A stretch of DNA of 63,562 bases, the filler included, from Octopus bimaculoides (taxonomy: Eukaryota), in assembly GCF_001194135.2 (NCBI RefSeq). It is 6 parts of 5 records of this genome, joined end to end, with 100 filler letters (N's around TTAATTAATTAA, not from the genome) between each part and the next. Parts side by side here need not be neighbours in the genome. Positions count along the whole stretch, not along the records: positions 1 to 17,706 come from NC_068986.1; positions 17,807 to 27,012 come from NC_068982.1; 4 more parts are not named here. One strand, 5' to 3'. Each line of letters begins with the position of its first letter. Position 1 is the stretch's first letter. Position numbers and translations under genes: made by a program. The notes beneath the pieces are model-generated. The model saw nothing but the letters and a program-made list of their open reading frames with translations. It was not told where the DNA came from and ran no database searches. This document shows positions 13,427-25,085 of this stretch, piece by piece.

Positions 13427-13911
13427 TAAAGCTACGAATTCAATAGCAAAATAAATTTAATTTTCTTCAATGTTGATACAATACGTTTATCACTTACTCG
13501 GCTTCTGATAAACATAGCATTATCTTCTGTGGGTGCTTTGTACACTTCCCTAATCGAAAGTAATGGTTTTGTCTATATTCAAAATCAATCGCAATATTTT
13601 AAGTACATGTGAAATTTTTAAAAGCTTACAGTATCGTGTATAAACATCAGATCTCTTTAATATCTATTTCGATGTTCTTCCTACGATACAGTGCCATAAT
13701 TCATAGGACATTAAAGTAAGATACATGCAAATCATGTTCTTGTGGAGTATATTGTTGCTGACATTTACATACGGTTGCTTAGTACGAATATAATTGAACA
13801 GAAAGTTTTACTAAAGAAATATCAATAAAGAAATGTAAAAATGTAGTAATACCAAGATAGTTATTAAACTCTGTGATTTTTCTGTATAGTTTCGTTGCAG
13901 ATATCTGGCGT

Positions 13912-13977
13912 ATGAAAACGATATTATCTTGTACTTTGGGAATATATTTTTCTTTATCTGTATTCATAACACCAGAG
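13912..13977 (+). CDS. Candidate first coding exon with a signal-peptide-like N-terminus (exon 13901-13977)
   Basis: Acceptor ttttctgtatagtttcgttgcag| at 13900 and donor CAGAG|gtaaga at 13978. ATG at 13912 gives MKTILSCTLGIYFSLSVFITPE (phase 0). No downstream exon confirmed. Confidence 0.3.
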
Positions 13978-16367
13978 GTAAGAAAATAAATAATATCAAA
14001 TAGTTTGGATCAGTTTAGTGCCAAATATTTTTCAGATGCACTTTTTTCTGTTATAGAAATTCAATGACTATTTTTGGCAAGTTTGACAGGTTTGGCAGTT
14101 TTCAACATATTGCATATTATGTTATTTCCTCTTTATATCAACCAAAGGATAGATATCAATGTTTGAAATTGTCATATGGTTATGAAATGAGTAACTGTGA
14201 TTTTTCTCAGAAACCCTTTAACGTATCAGAAAATGATTCTATCCCTGTAATGTAACATTTTAACTGAGAATACACGGCCAGATCAAGTAATGTAGCAGAT
14301 GGTTCGTTTTTATAAAATCTATGTTTCATTTGGTAATTCATACTTGTTAGTTTTATCCCTGTCTATGTAGATTCCTTCACTTTGCCACAAAAGTTTATAA
14401 TTATTACAGAACGACACTGAAGTATTGGGTCTGTTATACAATCTATTACATAAGCCATGGAATTATGAAAAAAACAATTAAATCAAATCAACTGATTCCA
14501 TGTGAAATCTTCTCTTACGTTCAGTAGGCAAACTGAATAATATATTTGAAAGTCATCAGTTGTTTTAATAATATAGGAAAATATATTTTCTTTTTGGAAT
14601 CTCAATGCTGCGATTGTGAGTCACCTTAGAAATGAGGACTGCATGTTTTGTTCAATGTAATTGAAAGAAAAAAAAATCATACTACTGAGTGGGGATAGGG
14701 GACAGCCATAATATTTTTCTTGTGCTATGTTGTGTAAAGGAAAAACTGCTGAGAACACAATGTCAGAAAATCGTAAATGTGGGATCTGGAGTCCCACAAC
14801 TTAGCCTTTACAAACTATACCTGAGTTGTACAGTAGATATTTAATTCTTAGTTTATGTTTATTATTCTTTGTTTTACTTCAAATAAACATTTAGCCAGAC
14901 CGAAGCAAGAATTTTAATGTCGCAGACGTAAATAGATTTCTTTGTATGTGAAATATAATTCATTGCAAATTTTAAAACATACTGGGAATAAACACTCAAA
15001 ATTAATACACTTCATGGAGGTAATCAAGTGAAATGCAAAGTATAAAATCTTGTTGCTTTATTTAATGCTTGTATTACAAATAATTGCGCTACTTATGATG
15101 CAACATTTGACACAGAGCATTAACAATCTAATGTATTACAATGTGAAGAACGCAATGCAACTTTTCAGTTGTCCGTTGTAAAATCAATCTTCGCAATGCA
15201 TAGAGATGTCACTTGCAAAGAATACTGACAAGAATATAAATTCCAATGTAAATTCGACGTTTCTAATTTCAAAACCAAATATCCTGCTGATAATACTCGA
15301 TATTGAAAGCATAGCGGATCATATATTCACAATTCAGAAGAGAGTTTAATAACTAAATAGGAAAATTTGAAGACCATACAGAATATGGAAGAATATCATG
15401 GATTTAATAATAAAAAAAATAATATAGGTCAGATTTATAACTACGTATATAACCATCTCGTTTGGCAAGAAAGCTATTGGATTTGGACACACATAACAAC
15501 AGATACAAATTACAATCTCACAAATGTAAAACATTTTCATCTAAAATCGTTATTTAAATATTAAAATCTTAAGCTTCATTCTATTCACACATTGATTCCA
15601 AGGGGTAGATAGAGCTCTGAGATACAAAATGGACAGTTACGTTAAATAGGATGCATTCGAAATTTCACACAATTTGGGTGAGGTGATGGGAAATCTTTCT
15701 TTAGAGTATGAGGTATAGTTATTTATTATTTTTTTTAAATCTAGAAATGCATATTTGTTGTTTAATGGGAAAATGTTTGAATCGATTTCCATTTTAATTA
15801 CTAGTATTGTATTTATAAAAGTTTCCCTCTGCTTCATGACACGACTGATCTCAATTGTTAATACAAGATATGAAGTGATGATGCAATCGAAATTTTCCGT
15901 CGCGTAGACTTTTTATACAATTGTTTGTTTTACATATTTTGGCAAGTGACGAAGTCTGAGACTGTGTGTTGAAGCCAAAACATTTTATCTTTTCAAAATA
16001 TAAATTATATCAATTATTTATTATTTTGCTTCAAAATATTCCGGGAATTCGCTATGAACTTGTCAGTGGCAGTCTCACTTTATGTATTAGGAAAAAATAT
16101 AAACATGTAAACAACTAGTCAGATTATGACATCAATATATTTAAACATTTACAAAACATGCCAGTAGAATTGAATGCTACGGTAGTTTAGAACACAAGGG
16201 ATCGATAAAAGATAAGTTGGGAAATGTAAATAATGGCGTTATGACGTATGCTATTATCCTCCCGGAGAGTTGCAATTATTGATATGAAGTACCCCTGGTC
16301 TATCGTTGGCTTAATCCAACGTTGGGTGAGGTGGAAACGGAAGTAAGGTGTGCAGAGAGTCTCTTAC

Positions 16368-16449
16368 AGCTTTTCTTCAAAAATAGATGCGCAAATGGTG
16401 TTTCCGCTTGCATTCGATTAGCAACCAATATTAAAGTAGTGACGTATTC
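16368..16449 (-). other. Candidate internal exon
   Basis: Minus strand tttttttatcgaagtag|82 nt|gtaaga. The only open frame is EYVTTLILVANRMQAETPFAHLFLKKS. No homology recognised. Confidence 0.15.
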
Positions 16450-16709
16450 CTACTTCGATAAAAAAATAAATAAAGCCTTAGTAGGAACTAAAGATATACT
16501 AGCGGTGGCGGTATAGAAAGGTTTGGGTTGTAAAGAAAATAGGTACAGAAAATAAGAGGAAAATATAAGCCAACATGATCCGAAATCGATGAATAAAAGA
16601 GTAAGATTTGTAGAAACTAGGGGCCAGTGATTATAACACACAAGAACTCCACTGATTTTATCTTCTCACAACAAAATCTATTTCCTGTAACTTTATATTG
16701 ACTTCAAAT

Positions 16710-16894
16710 ATTGGCACAAGGACGGAAATTTGGTAGGTGGGGGAATACAATACTCCACCGGTACTTATTTTATTGACTCTGAAAAGATGAAAGGCGAAGT
16801 CATCCTAAGCGGTATTTGAACTCAGAACATAAAGACAGATGAGATGCCGCTAAACATCTTGCCTGACGTGCCAACGATTCTGCTAGCTTGCCGC
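16710..16894 (-). mobile_element. SINE family B, decayed
   Basis: GAAAGGCGAAGTCATCCTAAGCGGTATTTGAACTCAGAAC...ACGATTCTGCTAGCTTGCCGC is the reverse complement of the family B head and core. Confidence 0.8.
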
Positions 16895-17099
16895 ATTATC
16901 GTGTAATCTGATATTAAGAATTAATGCGCATCAGTTTCCCATACCCTCTTTTATATAGCCCTTATTCTTGCTACAAAATTCACTGATATTACTTCTTGAG
17001 AAATAGACATTGTCCAGGCAGTTAGGTAGTCTCTTGTTACAGTTAATAAGAATTATGTCATCGGGTTTCTAATATTGGTTTCCTTAACAAAATGGATTC

Positions 17100-17706
17100 C
17101 TCTCACTTAGCTCAGACTACAATTTTTGTAAGAGTATATAACTTTTAAACAGCTTCATCTGTGCTTTCCAAAAATCCGTGGCGGTGTTTATCGTAATGAC
17201 GCTCTTTCTCGTAAACTATCAGGCTCTAAACCGACATTAAAGAGAACTATTATAGAAAAGCCCTACACAATTTCTTCGCTAACTCGAACCTCTGCATTAC
17301 ATTGGACGTAACCTGATCGGAACTCTCAATTGTAGTCCCCATAATACAAACGTAACATTTCCGGCAAAAACGAAGTAAACAAAAAACAACAAACCCAGAC
17401 CGTAGAGGTGTATAATGATGTACAAAAAGCACCAATCCAGAACACCACAGACAAACATATGAATGAAAAGGAAGGCAAAACAAATCTAAAACCTGGGAAA
17501 ACGAACGGAAACCTAATAATTATGATACTATGAAAATGAGAATAACCAAAGAACTGAAAACCACAGATCTTAGAATGGACCACAGATTATATCTCCTAAA
17601 AATCAAAATAGACAATAAAACAACATCAGTAATAAATAGCATAAACCTGGCCGTCACGGAACTAACAACCACAGAAACAACTGGCAATATCACTGAGCTA
17701 AATGAC
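17100..17706 (+). mobile_element. Decayed non-LTR retrotransposon fragment (probably R4/Dong-like)
   Basis: A-rich coding-like strand; peptide ITKELKTT...TTGNITELND resembles the pre-RT region of R4/Dong ORFs (from recall). Ends at a scaffold edge. Confidence 0.45.
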
Positions 17707-17806
17707 NNNNNNNNNNNNNNNNNNNNNNNNNNNNNNNNNNNNNNNNNNNNTTAATTAATTAANNNNNNNNNNNNNNNNNNNNNNNNNNNNNNNNNNNNNN
17801 NNNNNN
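17707..17806. other. Artificial scaffold linker N44-TTAATTAATTAA-N44
   Basis: Exactly 100 bp, with a palindromic six-frame stop 12-mer at 17751-17762. Identical at four other sites. Confidence 0.95.
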
Positions 17807-18387
17807 TATATGAAGTTAAGCAACAAAAATTCAATAGGTTAGTGTTCTCACTACATGAATAAATGGAGCTTGTACGAAACGTACGTACTACTATAACCTA
17901 TTGAATTTTTGTTGCTTAACTTCAAATTTTATTCACCAAATCTCTTGATTTTGTTTTTGGTTTTTATCCTACCAAATTCTGGTGCCTCAAACATTTTAAG
18001 TACCACATTTAATCTTTTGATTAAATCTCTCTCTCTATATATATATTGCACATACATATACAATATATACATGCATACGCACTCATATATATATGTGTGC
18101 GTGTGTGTGTGTATATGTGTGTGTTGTGTGTGCGTGTATGTGTGTGTCTATGTATGTATATAAAAGTTTGTTTTTATGTGAAGTTATATATAAAAACAAT
18201 TACAACATTAAACTGAAGGGTTGCTCAATACTTTTTAGTAGAGTACGCATTTATCAATTTTACAATTAAAAGATTGAGTGCGTCTTCGGAGTTTCAGTTT
18301 GCTTGCCGCCATCATACTTATTTCTTTATTTATCTATTTAGTTATCTATTCACACACACACACACACGCACACACTCACACACATAA

Positions 18388-18556
18388 ATACGACGGGCTT
18401 CTTTCAGTTTCCGACTACCAAATCCACTCACAAGGCCTTGGTCGGCCCGAGGCTATAGTAGAAGACACTTGCCCAAGGTGCCACGCAGTGGGACTGGACT
18501 GAACCCGGAACCATGTGATTGATAAGCAAGCTACTTACCACACAGCCACTCATGCG
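18388..18556 (-). mobile_element. SINE family A head, all CpGs intact
   Basis: ATACGACGGGCTTCTTTCAGTTTCCGACTACC...GGTCGGCCCGAGG...GTGCCACGCAGTGGG...CCCGGAACCATGTG. Confidence 0.9.
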
Positions 18557-19682
18557 TCTATATATATATGTATGCATAAACATACATGTTTAGTTGTTTG
18601 GCTACATAATTTTTATAGGTCAATGTTTGGTATTAGCATATGCGTACATATATCGCATCTGCATCTTATGATGTATACATTTGAATGTATGCCTGAATAT
18701 GGGCAGTGTGTGTGTGTGTTGTGTAAGGTGAGTAAAGTGTGTGTTTGCGTTTATACACACACATGCATACACAAATACATATGTATTTTCCTACGTATAT
18801 ATAATACTCACATACGTATATGTGTATGTATATGCATATGATGCATGTATATATGTATAGATACACACACAAACATATGTAAAGTATACATATATATAAA
18901 GATACATATATGTAACACATAAATGTACATATACGTATATATGTATATATATATATATATATATNNNNNNNNNNNNNNNNNNNNNNNNNNNNNNNNNNNN
19001 NNNNNNNNNNNNNNNNNNNNNNNNNNNNNNNNNNNNNNNNNNNNNNNNNNNNNNNNNNNNNNNNNNNNNNNNNNNNNNNNNNNNNNNNNNNNNNNNNNNN
19101 NNNNNNNNNNNNNNNNNNNNNNNNNNNNNNNNNNNNNNNNNNNNNNNNNNNNNNNNNNNNNNNNNNNNNNNNNNNNNNNNNNNNNNNNNNNNNNNNNNNN
19201 NNNNNNNNNNNNNNNNNNNNNNNNNNNNNNNNNNNNNNNNNNNNNNNNNNNNNNNNNNNNNNNNNNNNNNNNNNNNNNNNNNNNNNNNNNNNNNNNNNNN
19301 NNNNNNNNNNNNNNNNNNNNNNNNNNNNNNNNNNNNNNNNNNNNNNNNNNNNNNNNNNNNNNNNNNNNNNNNNNNNNNNNNNNNNNNNNNNNNNNNNNNN
19401 NNNNNNNNNNNNNNNNNNNNNNNNNNNNNNNNNNNNNNNNNNNNNNNNNNNNNNNNNNNNNNNNNNNNNNNNNNNNNNNNNNNNNNNNNNNNNNNNNNNN
19501 NNNNNNNNNNNNNNNNNNNNNNNNNNNNNNNNNNNNNNNNNNNNNNNNNNNNNNNNNNNNNNNNNNNNNNNNNNNNNNNNNNNNATATATATATATATAT
19601 ACATGCACATGAAAATATATACTTGCATATGTATGTGTGTATACTTATATCTATAAATAATTATATATATTTATGTACTTGT

Positions 19683-19915
19683 GAGGGTGCATGGCCTAGT
19701 GGTTAGCGTTGTTGCACACACGATCTAGCGATTGCGAGTTCAGTTCCTAGACCGGGTGGTGCGTTGTGTTCCTGAGCAAGACACTTCACCTCACGTTGCT
19801 CTGCGATCACACTGTACCTGTTCAGACAACATCGATTTGATGGAGTGAGTGAGCGAATGTGCTGCACGAACATTTCATCATCACAAACAAATTTGGGCAG
19901 GTCGTTCGGCAACAG
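19683..19915 (+). mobile_element. tRNA/CORE-like SINE
   Basis: A-box-like TGGCCTAGTGG, B-box-like GAGTTCAGTTCC and CORE-like CCTGAGCAAGACACTTCACCTCACGTTGCTC. Head is similar to the SINE at 24436. Confidence 0.75.
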
Positions 19916-19965
19916 CACTACCTTCGTCGTCTTTGACGGGAGAGTTCACCATATATACACTTATA

Positions 19966-20170
19966 CATACATACATACATACATACATACATACATACAT
20001 ACATACGTATATAATTACATATACATATGCATACATATATACATACTTATGCATCGTCTGTCTGTTTTTATGTATGTACCAATGTATGTATGTATGTATG
20101 TATGTATGTATGTATGTATGTATGTATGTATGCATGTATGTATGTATATATGTATGTATGCATGTATGTA
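19966..20170. repeat. (TACA)n / (TATG)n microsatellites in inverted arrangement
   Basis: Tetranucleotide runs visible directly. Confidence 0.9.
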
Positions 20171-20282
20171 TCAAACAAATTCAAAAAGGTAAGAAACCTA
20201 AAATTCGTATTCATAACAAGAAAAAAGCAAAAAAAAAAAAAGCTTGAAAAGGTGAAGAAAACTTCCCCATAAGAAAACTTAC

Positions 20283-20315
20283 CTTTAAGATTGACGTATT
20301 TCCCCGGGGCGCCAT
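20283..20315 (-). CDS. Candidate first coding exon of an unidentified gene (MAPRGNTSILK|)
   Basis: ttcaaATGGCG start context at 20315, 11 codons, then a strong donor AAAG|gtaagt at 20282. Inr- and CCAAT-like motifs lie upstream. Confidence 0.4.
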
Positions 20316-20378
20316 TTGAAGCAGTAACGTAATAGCGAGCGCTCTGTTTAAAACTTAATAGTTGAGACGATGCTGATG

Positions 20379-20461
20379 GACTGAACAGAAATAAATACAA
20401 CTTGCTTAGTTTAATCTTCTCCACGCAATGGCGACTAATGACGATTTCATTGACAGCCAAT
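20379..20461 (-). promoter_or_regulatory. Candidate TATA-less core promoter (Inr TCAGTC plus CCAAT box)
   Basis: TCAGTC on the minus strand at 20384-20379 (also a good acceptor, ttgtatttatttctgttcag). AGCCAATC at 20455-20462, ~75 bp upstream. Locally CpG-rich. Confidence 0.4.
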
Positions 20462-20519
20462 CCTGCTTATTGTCATCCAGCTCTCGCTTCGCAGGGGTAA
20501 ACCTCTGTAAGAGGTGTAC

Positions 20520-20700
20520 ATTCGCGTGAGTGTTGTGCGTAGAGTGTGCGTAGTGCGTGCGTGTGTGCTGTGTGTATGTGTGTGTGTGTGTGGGGGGGTG
20601 TGCTTGCGTGCGTGTGCGAGGTGGTGGTGGTGTGTGTAGTGTGTGCGTGCGTGTGTGCGTGTGTGTGTGTGTGTGTATGTGTGTGTGCGTGTGTGCGCCC
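20520..20700. repeat. Imperfect (GT)n/(GC)-interrupted purine-pyrimidine tract
   Basis: Alternating GT/GC run visible directly. Confidence 0.9.
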
Positions 20701-21538
20701 GTGTTAAATTGCGTATTTATATAGTTTCGTAATACAAATTGATTACGTTATGTCTTGCTTATGTAGACGTGTACCCACCATTAACAAACCATTATTCACC
20801 AATCATTATTATTATTATTTAGAACAATTTTGTTGAAAAGACATGTTGAGAAAGTCATATTCATTTTAATGAAAATTTCACACACCACTGATTTGTTTGA
20901 AATACTCACACGTACTGTGTTTGTCTCTCTTTGTCTCACTTTTTCATTATTTGACTGCCTGTCTCTCTTCGCTTTATGAATTCAACAAATTCAAAATCTC
21001 TAGCTATTCATTCCTCTCCCTCTTTAATATTCCTACTGTTCTTTTATCTTTGTATTTGCTTCTAAAGTGTTCTAGTGTTTAAAAAAAAAATCTATTTAAA
21101 AATGTCATTAATTTAAGTAATTTATATTATTTATCAACAAACGAAAAACAATATGTCATCTAAATCCTATACAAATTATCAGTTATATGACGAACTTCAT
21201 TTAATATTAGATTATTATTCTAAAGGCTTTGCTAATACGAACATATTCTGTTATTGACTTCATAACCATCGCTAATAATATTTTGTTTGAGTTGTTTTCG
21301 CTAAGCCACCAATATGATTGTCGAAGACAATAATTAACTGGAATAATTGCATAGTATCTGCTCATTTCATTTGAGAGTATCATAGTAAACTTCATGGGGT
21401 GGGGGTTTGCTGGTGCTCCGGGTATGCCGAAATTTCGGCGCCTTTATAGTAAATGTTTTTGAAATATTTCACACACAATAAAATGTGCAAATATTTTGTG
21501 AAATATATGGTTTATAAAAGGCATGTAGGCATTTAAAC

Positions 21539-21710
21539 TGACATTCGTCGGTTACGACGATGAGCGTTCCAGTTGATCCGTTCAACAGAACAGCCTGCTG
21601 TGAAATTATCGTGCAAGTGGCTGAACACTCCACAAACACGAACACGTAATGTAGTTCTTTGGAACATTGGGCATCACACAGAAAGTGACAGGGTTGGTCC
21701 TTTCAATAAC
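21539..21710 (-). mobile_element. 3' half of a CORE-like SINE (family D), abutting the 3' LTR
   Basis: Reverse complement GTTATTGAAAGGACC...GAACGGATCAACTGGAACGCTCATCGTCGTAACCGACG matches the 3' half of the Octopus CORE-type SINE whose 5' half is at 24436. Consensus recalled, not aligned. Confidence 0.65.
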
Positions 21711-21959
21711 TGTTGTGCTTCTCTCATTCACTTGCAAACAAGAACACAGTGATACTCCAGATAGGTTTATTGTCTGTCTCTCTAACAGTCTATAACAAGA
21801 AAAGACAGCGGCAAAAGGAGAAACGCCCCTCTACCCGCTCTGCTTGGTTAGCCATTAGGACATTCTAGAGAGTTTTACAACTATCCATTCGATTCTATTA
21901 GACAGATTCGCATACCAGAAATTTCTACTGGACAGATTTAGATGCTATCGATCTCCACA
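21711..21959 (-). mobile_element. 3' LTR of a Ty3/Gypsy element
   Basis: TGTGGAGATC...AAGCACAACA, roughly 90% identical by eye to 24590-24848. Preceded by a PPT-like GGTTGGGAGG (21960-21969). Confidence 0.92.
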
Positions 21960-23550
21960 CCTCCCAACCGAAACTGATGCTACACTAAAAGCACCAACAA
22001 CAAAGTCTCTCTCTGGGCGTGGGTGTTCTCTTGGATCGTTTTGGGTTGTCCAGTTCATTCTCTGGTACAGGCGGCTTGGTCTTGGGTAGAAATGGTCTGG
22101 TCTATCTCTGAGTTTGTGGCACTTCTTCCAGGATCTCCATTGGATGATCAGTTGGATGTTCAGAAATATTGTCCGTCTCATCTCCAGGTTTGCAGTCTTC
22201 CGTAGAAGCGTAACGAGGACGTAGCTTTTCCCAGTGTCGTCTCCATACTGGGCTATGAGGAAAGACCTCGACGTTGAAGCAGCGAGAACCCAATGGCTTC
22301 GTGACGATTGCTGGTACCTATTAGGGCTGTTTGTCATGGCGAGGTCCATAGTACAGTGCATATACAGGATCACCAGCCTTGTATTGCCTGGTTACCTTGG
22401 TGACACCTCCCAAGGCTGGAGTCATCTCAGCCTTTGATGACACCTTGGATTGCTTGCCCTGAGCTATATATGCTGGCGAGGGCAGCAGAGAGTCAATCCT
22501 AGTCCGTATCTGCTAGGACATCAAGAGTCGCTTGGAGAGAATCCACAGGATATCGGCGTTCTCCGGTACTGCATCAAGAACTCTTGAAGAGCTCGCTTCG
22601 GGGGCAGAGAAGACTTTCTCAGTGCTTGCTTGAATGACTGCACCAAACATTCTGCTGCTCTGTTGGCAGCTGGATGGTACAGTGCTCCTGTCAGGTGTGA
22701 TCCCACGTTTTTAGCACCAGCTCTGAAATTCTTCAGAAAGGAAAGTTGATGCATTATCCATGACCAGCGTGTGAGGATATCCGAAGTGAGCGAAGTCCTC
22801 TTCCAGCAAATCTAGAGGGGCTTTAGTGGATGTGGTTGACATCAGGTGAATACATGGATACCGTGAGAAAGCATCCGTGATCACCAGCCAGTTCATATAC
22901 ACGAGGTTGATGGCATGATCCATGTGTAAGCGGCTCCTTGGCTTCTCTGGTAGTATCCATGAATGAGCTGCAGACTTGGATGGCTTGTTTTGATGTTTGC
23001 CATACGAGTCGACAAGCCATCTCAATAGCTGCATCAATACCGGGCCAGTAGACAGTGATTCTTTCCAACTGCTTCATATGTTCCGTACTGAAGTGTCCGA
23101 TATGCAGTAGATCTAGGATATTGGACGGTAGGCTCTGTGGATACACAACTCTTGATCCATGGATGAGGTATCCGTGGTAGATACTGAGTGCATCCGACAA
23201 CTTCTGGAACTTTTCGACTTCATCATTGGTCTCAGTGTACTTCGGTGGCCACCCTTCGCGGACATAGCGCATCACTATAGTTATCACTGGATCTTTCCCA
23301 AACTCTTGACAGAGCATGTTGCTGTCCACAGGTTTGATTTGAAGACAGAACTTTGATGGTGCACATCATGTCCATGTCTTCACCACTTTCATCCTTGTCA
23401 AAGTCGTTATTTCCAGATGACAAGCGACTAAGAGCCATGATCCGCTGTTTTCCGGTACTCGATTGTGTAGTCAAACTGGTTCAGCTATAAGACCTTTCGA
23501 GCTAGTCGGTTTTTTGCGAAAAGCGGTGTCCCTTTCTTCGGGCCGAACAG
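21960..23550 (-). mobile_element. Gypsy (Mag-like) pol remnant: RNase H C-terminus and integrase, frameshifted
   Basis: RH: TLFGPKKGTPL..NRLAR...LNQFDYTIEYRK. Zn-binding: LLHIGHF...VYWPGID. rve core: RLHMDHA...ITDAFSRYP...FGYPHTLVMDNASTF...YHPAANRAAECLVQSFK. Confidence 0.92.
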
Positions 23551-24049
23551 TGTTCGCCTGAGAAAACACAACTAGATCTCGGGAAACAGTTGCATACTCA
23601 AGTGCCTGCACACCTGGAGAACTACGTTGCGTGAAAACAATTGCAGTGATTAAAAAATAAATGTCCAACCGTACCCCTTCTTGTTGACTCCAATGTTTTC
23701 AATTATATATAATTAATTAATTAATTAATTAATTAATAGCGATGGACACAGTATTAATACCTAAACGCAATCTTTATGAACAACTTTACGTGGATGTGTT
23801 AGAACAGCAAATATTGCGTTATTTACCAAGAGGAGACCTCTCATATGGATGCATGATGCAGAAAAGCACTCATCGTTGTATCGCTGGCAGACGATACAAA
23901 GATGGTGAATGCGGACCTGCCCGTCTAGCCAGCAGCATGGCAGCTTTCGGAAGCTACAATAACGCGAGGAAATGCATTGTGACCAATGATGCATACAACA
24001 TTCGACCATTGATAGTCTGATCAGCAACGTATCACAGTATCTCTCTCTA

Positions 24050-24082
<33 letters not shown>

Positions 24083-24289
24083 NNNNNNNNNNNNNNNNNN
24101 NNNNNNNNNNNNNNNNNNNNNNNNNNNNNNNNNNNNNNNNNNNNNNNNNNNNNNNNNNNNNNNNNNNNNNNNNNNNNNNNNNNNNNNNNNNNNNNNNNNN
24201 NNNNNNNNNNNNNNNNNNNNNNNNNNNNNNNNNNNNNNNNNNNNNNNNNNNNNNNNNNNNNNNNNNNNNNNNNNNNNNNNNGAACGAAA

Positions 24290-24422
24290 TTCTTCACAAT
24301 TTCAGTCTACCAAATTCACTCACAATGTATTGGTCGACCCGAGGTTATAATAGAAAGCATTTGCCCAAGGAACCGAAGCTGTCCTGTTGCAAACCGAACT
24401 CCTTAGCGACACAGCCATACCA
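24290..24422 (-). mobile_element. SINE family A head fragment
   Basis: CTACCAAATTCACTCACA...GGTCGACCCGAGGTTATAATAGAAAGCATTTGCCCAAGG. Confidence 0.75.
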
Positions 24423-24435
24423 GCAATAAATGCCT

Positions 24436-24589
24436 GGTGAAGGCACGTGGCTTAGTGGTTAGGGTATTCGAGTCACAGTCGTAAGGTCGTGAGTTCGATT
24501 CTTGGCAGCGTGTTGCGTCCTTGAGGAAGACACTTTATTTCACGTTGCTCCAGTCCGCTGAGTTGGCAAAAATGAGTTGCACTAATAAT
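24436..24589 (+). mobile_element. 5' half of a CORE-like SINE (family D), abutting the 5' LTR
   Basis: A-box TGGCTTAGTGG, B-box GAGTTCGATTC and CORE-like CCTTGAGGAAGACACTTTATTTCACGTTGCTCCAGTCC...AAAAATGAGT. Stops at the LTR. Confidence 0.8.
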
Positions 24590-24869
24590 TGTTGTGGAGA
24601 TCGCTAGTATCTAAATCTGTCCAATAGAAATTGCTGGCATGCGAATCTGTCCAATAGAATCGAATGGATAGTTGTAGAATTCTCCAGAATGTCCTAATGG
24701 CTTATCGCTATATACGCAGAGCTAGTAGAGAGGCGTTTCTCCTTTTGCCTTTGTCTTTTCTTGTTATACACTGTTAGAGGGACAGATAATAAACCTATCT
24801 GGAGTATCACTGTGTTCTTCGTTGCTAATGAACGAGAGAAGCACAACAAATTGGCATTGCCAGTAGGAT
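24590..24869 (+). mobile_element. 5' LTR (24590-24848) and primer-binding site (24852-24869)
   Basis: TGTTGTG...CACAACA terminal inverted repeats, and AATAAA in the LTR. TGGCATTGCCAGTAGGAT resembles a degenerate tRNA-Ser PBS (TGGCGTAGTCGGCAGGAT). Confidence 0.88.
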
Positions 24870-25085
24870 AAGAAAGACTATCCTTGCCAAGTGGACTTTT
24901 TACGTTGACGTCGATAATACAATTATTTGAAAGGTAAACGACCAGTTTTGCATATAAGCTTCTGTCTTCCTGTATTTCTAGTATCAGTTAAATTATTGTT
25001 TTGTCAAGAGTTTTACGGAATATAATACTTTATTTTATCTAATATAGTTAGAGTTTTACTGCAAGCTATTTTTACCTTGACAACA

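Noticed and set aside
23706-23737. TTAATTAATTAA run as a sixth linker
   Set aside because: It is longer than 12 bp and not flanked by Ns, so it is a natural (TTAA)n microsatellite.
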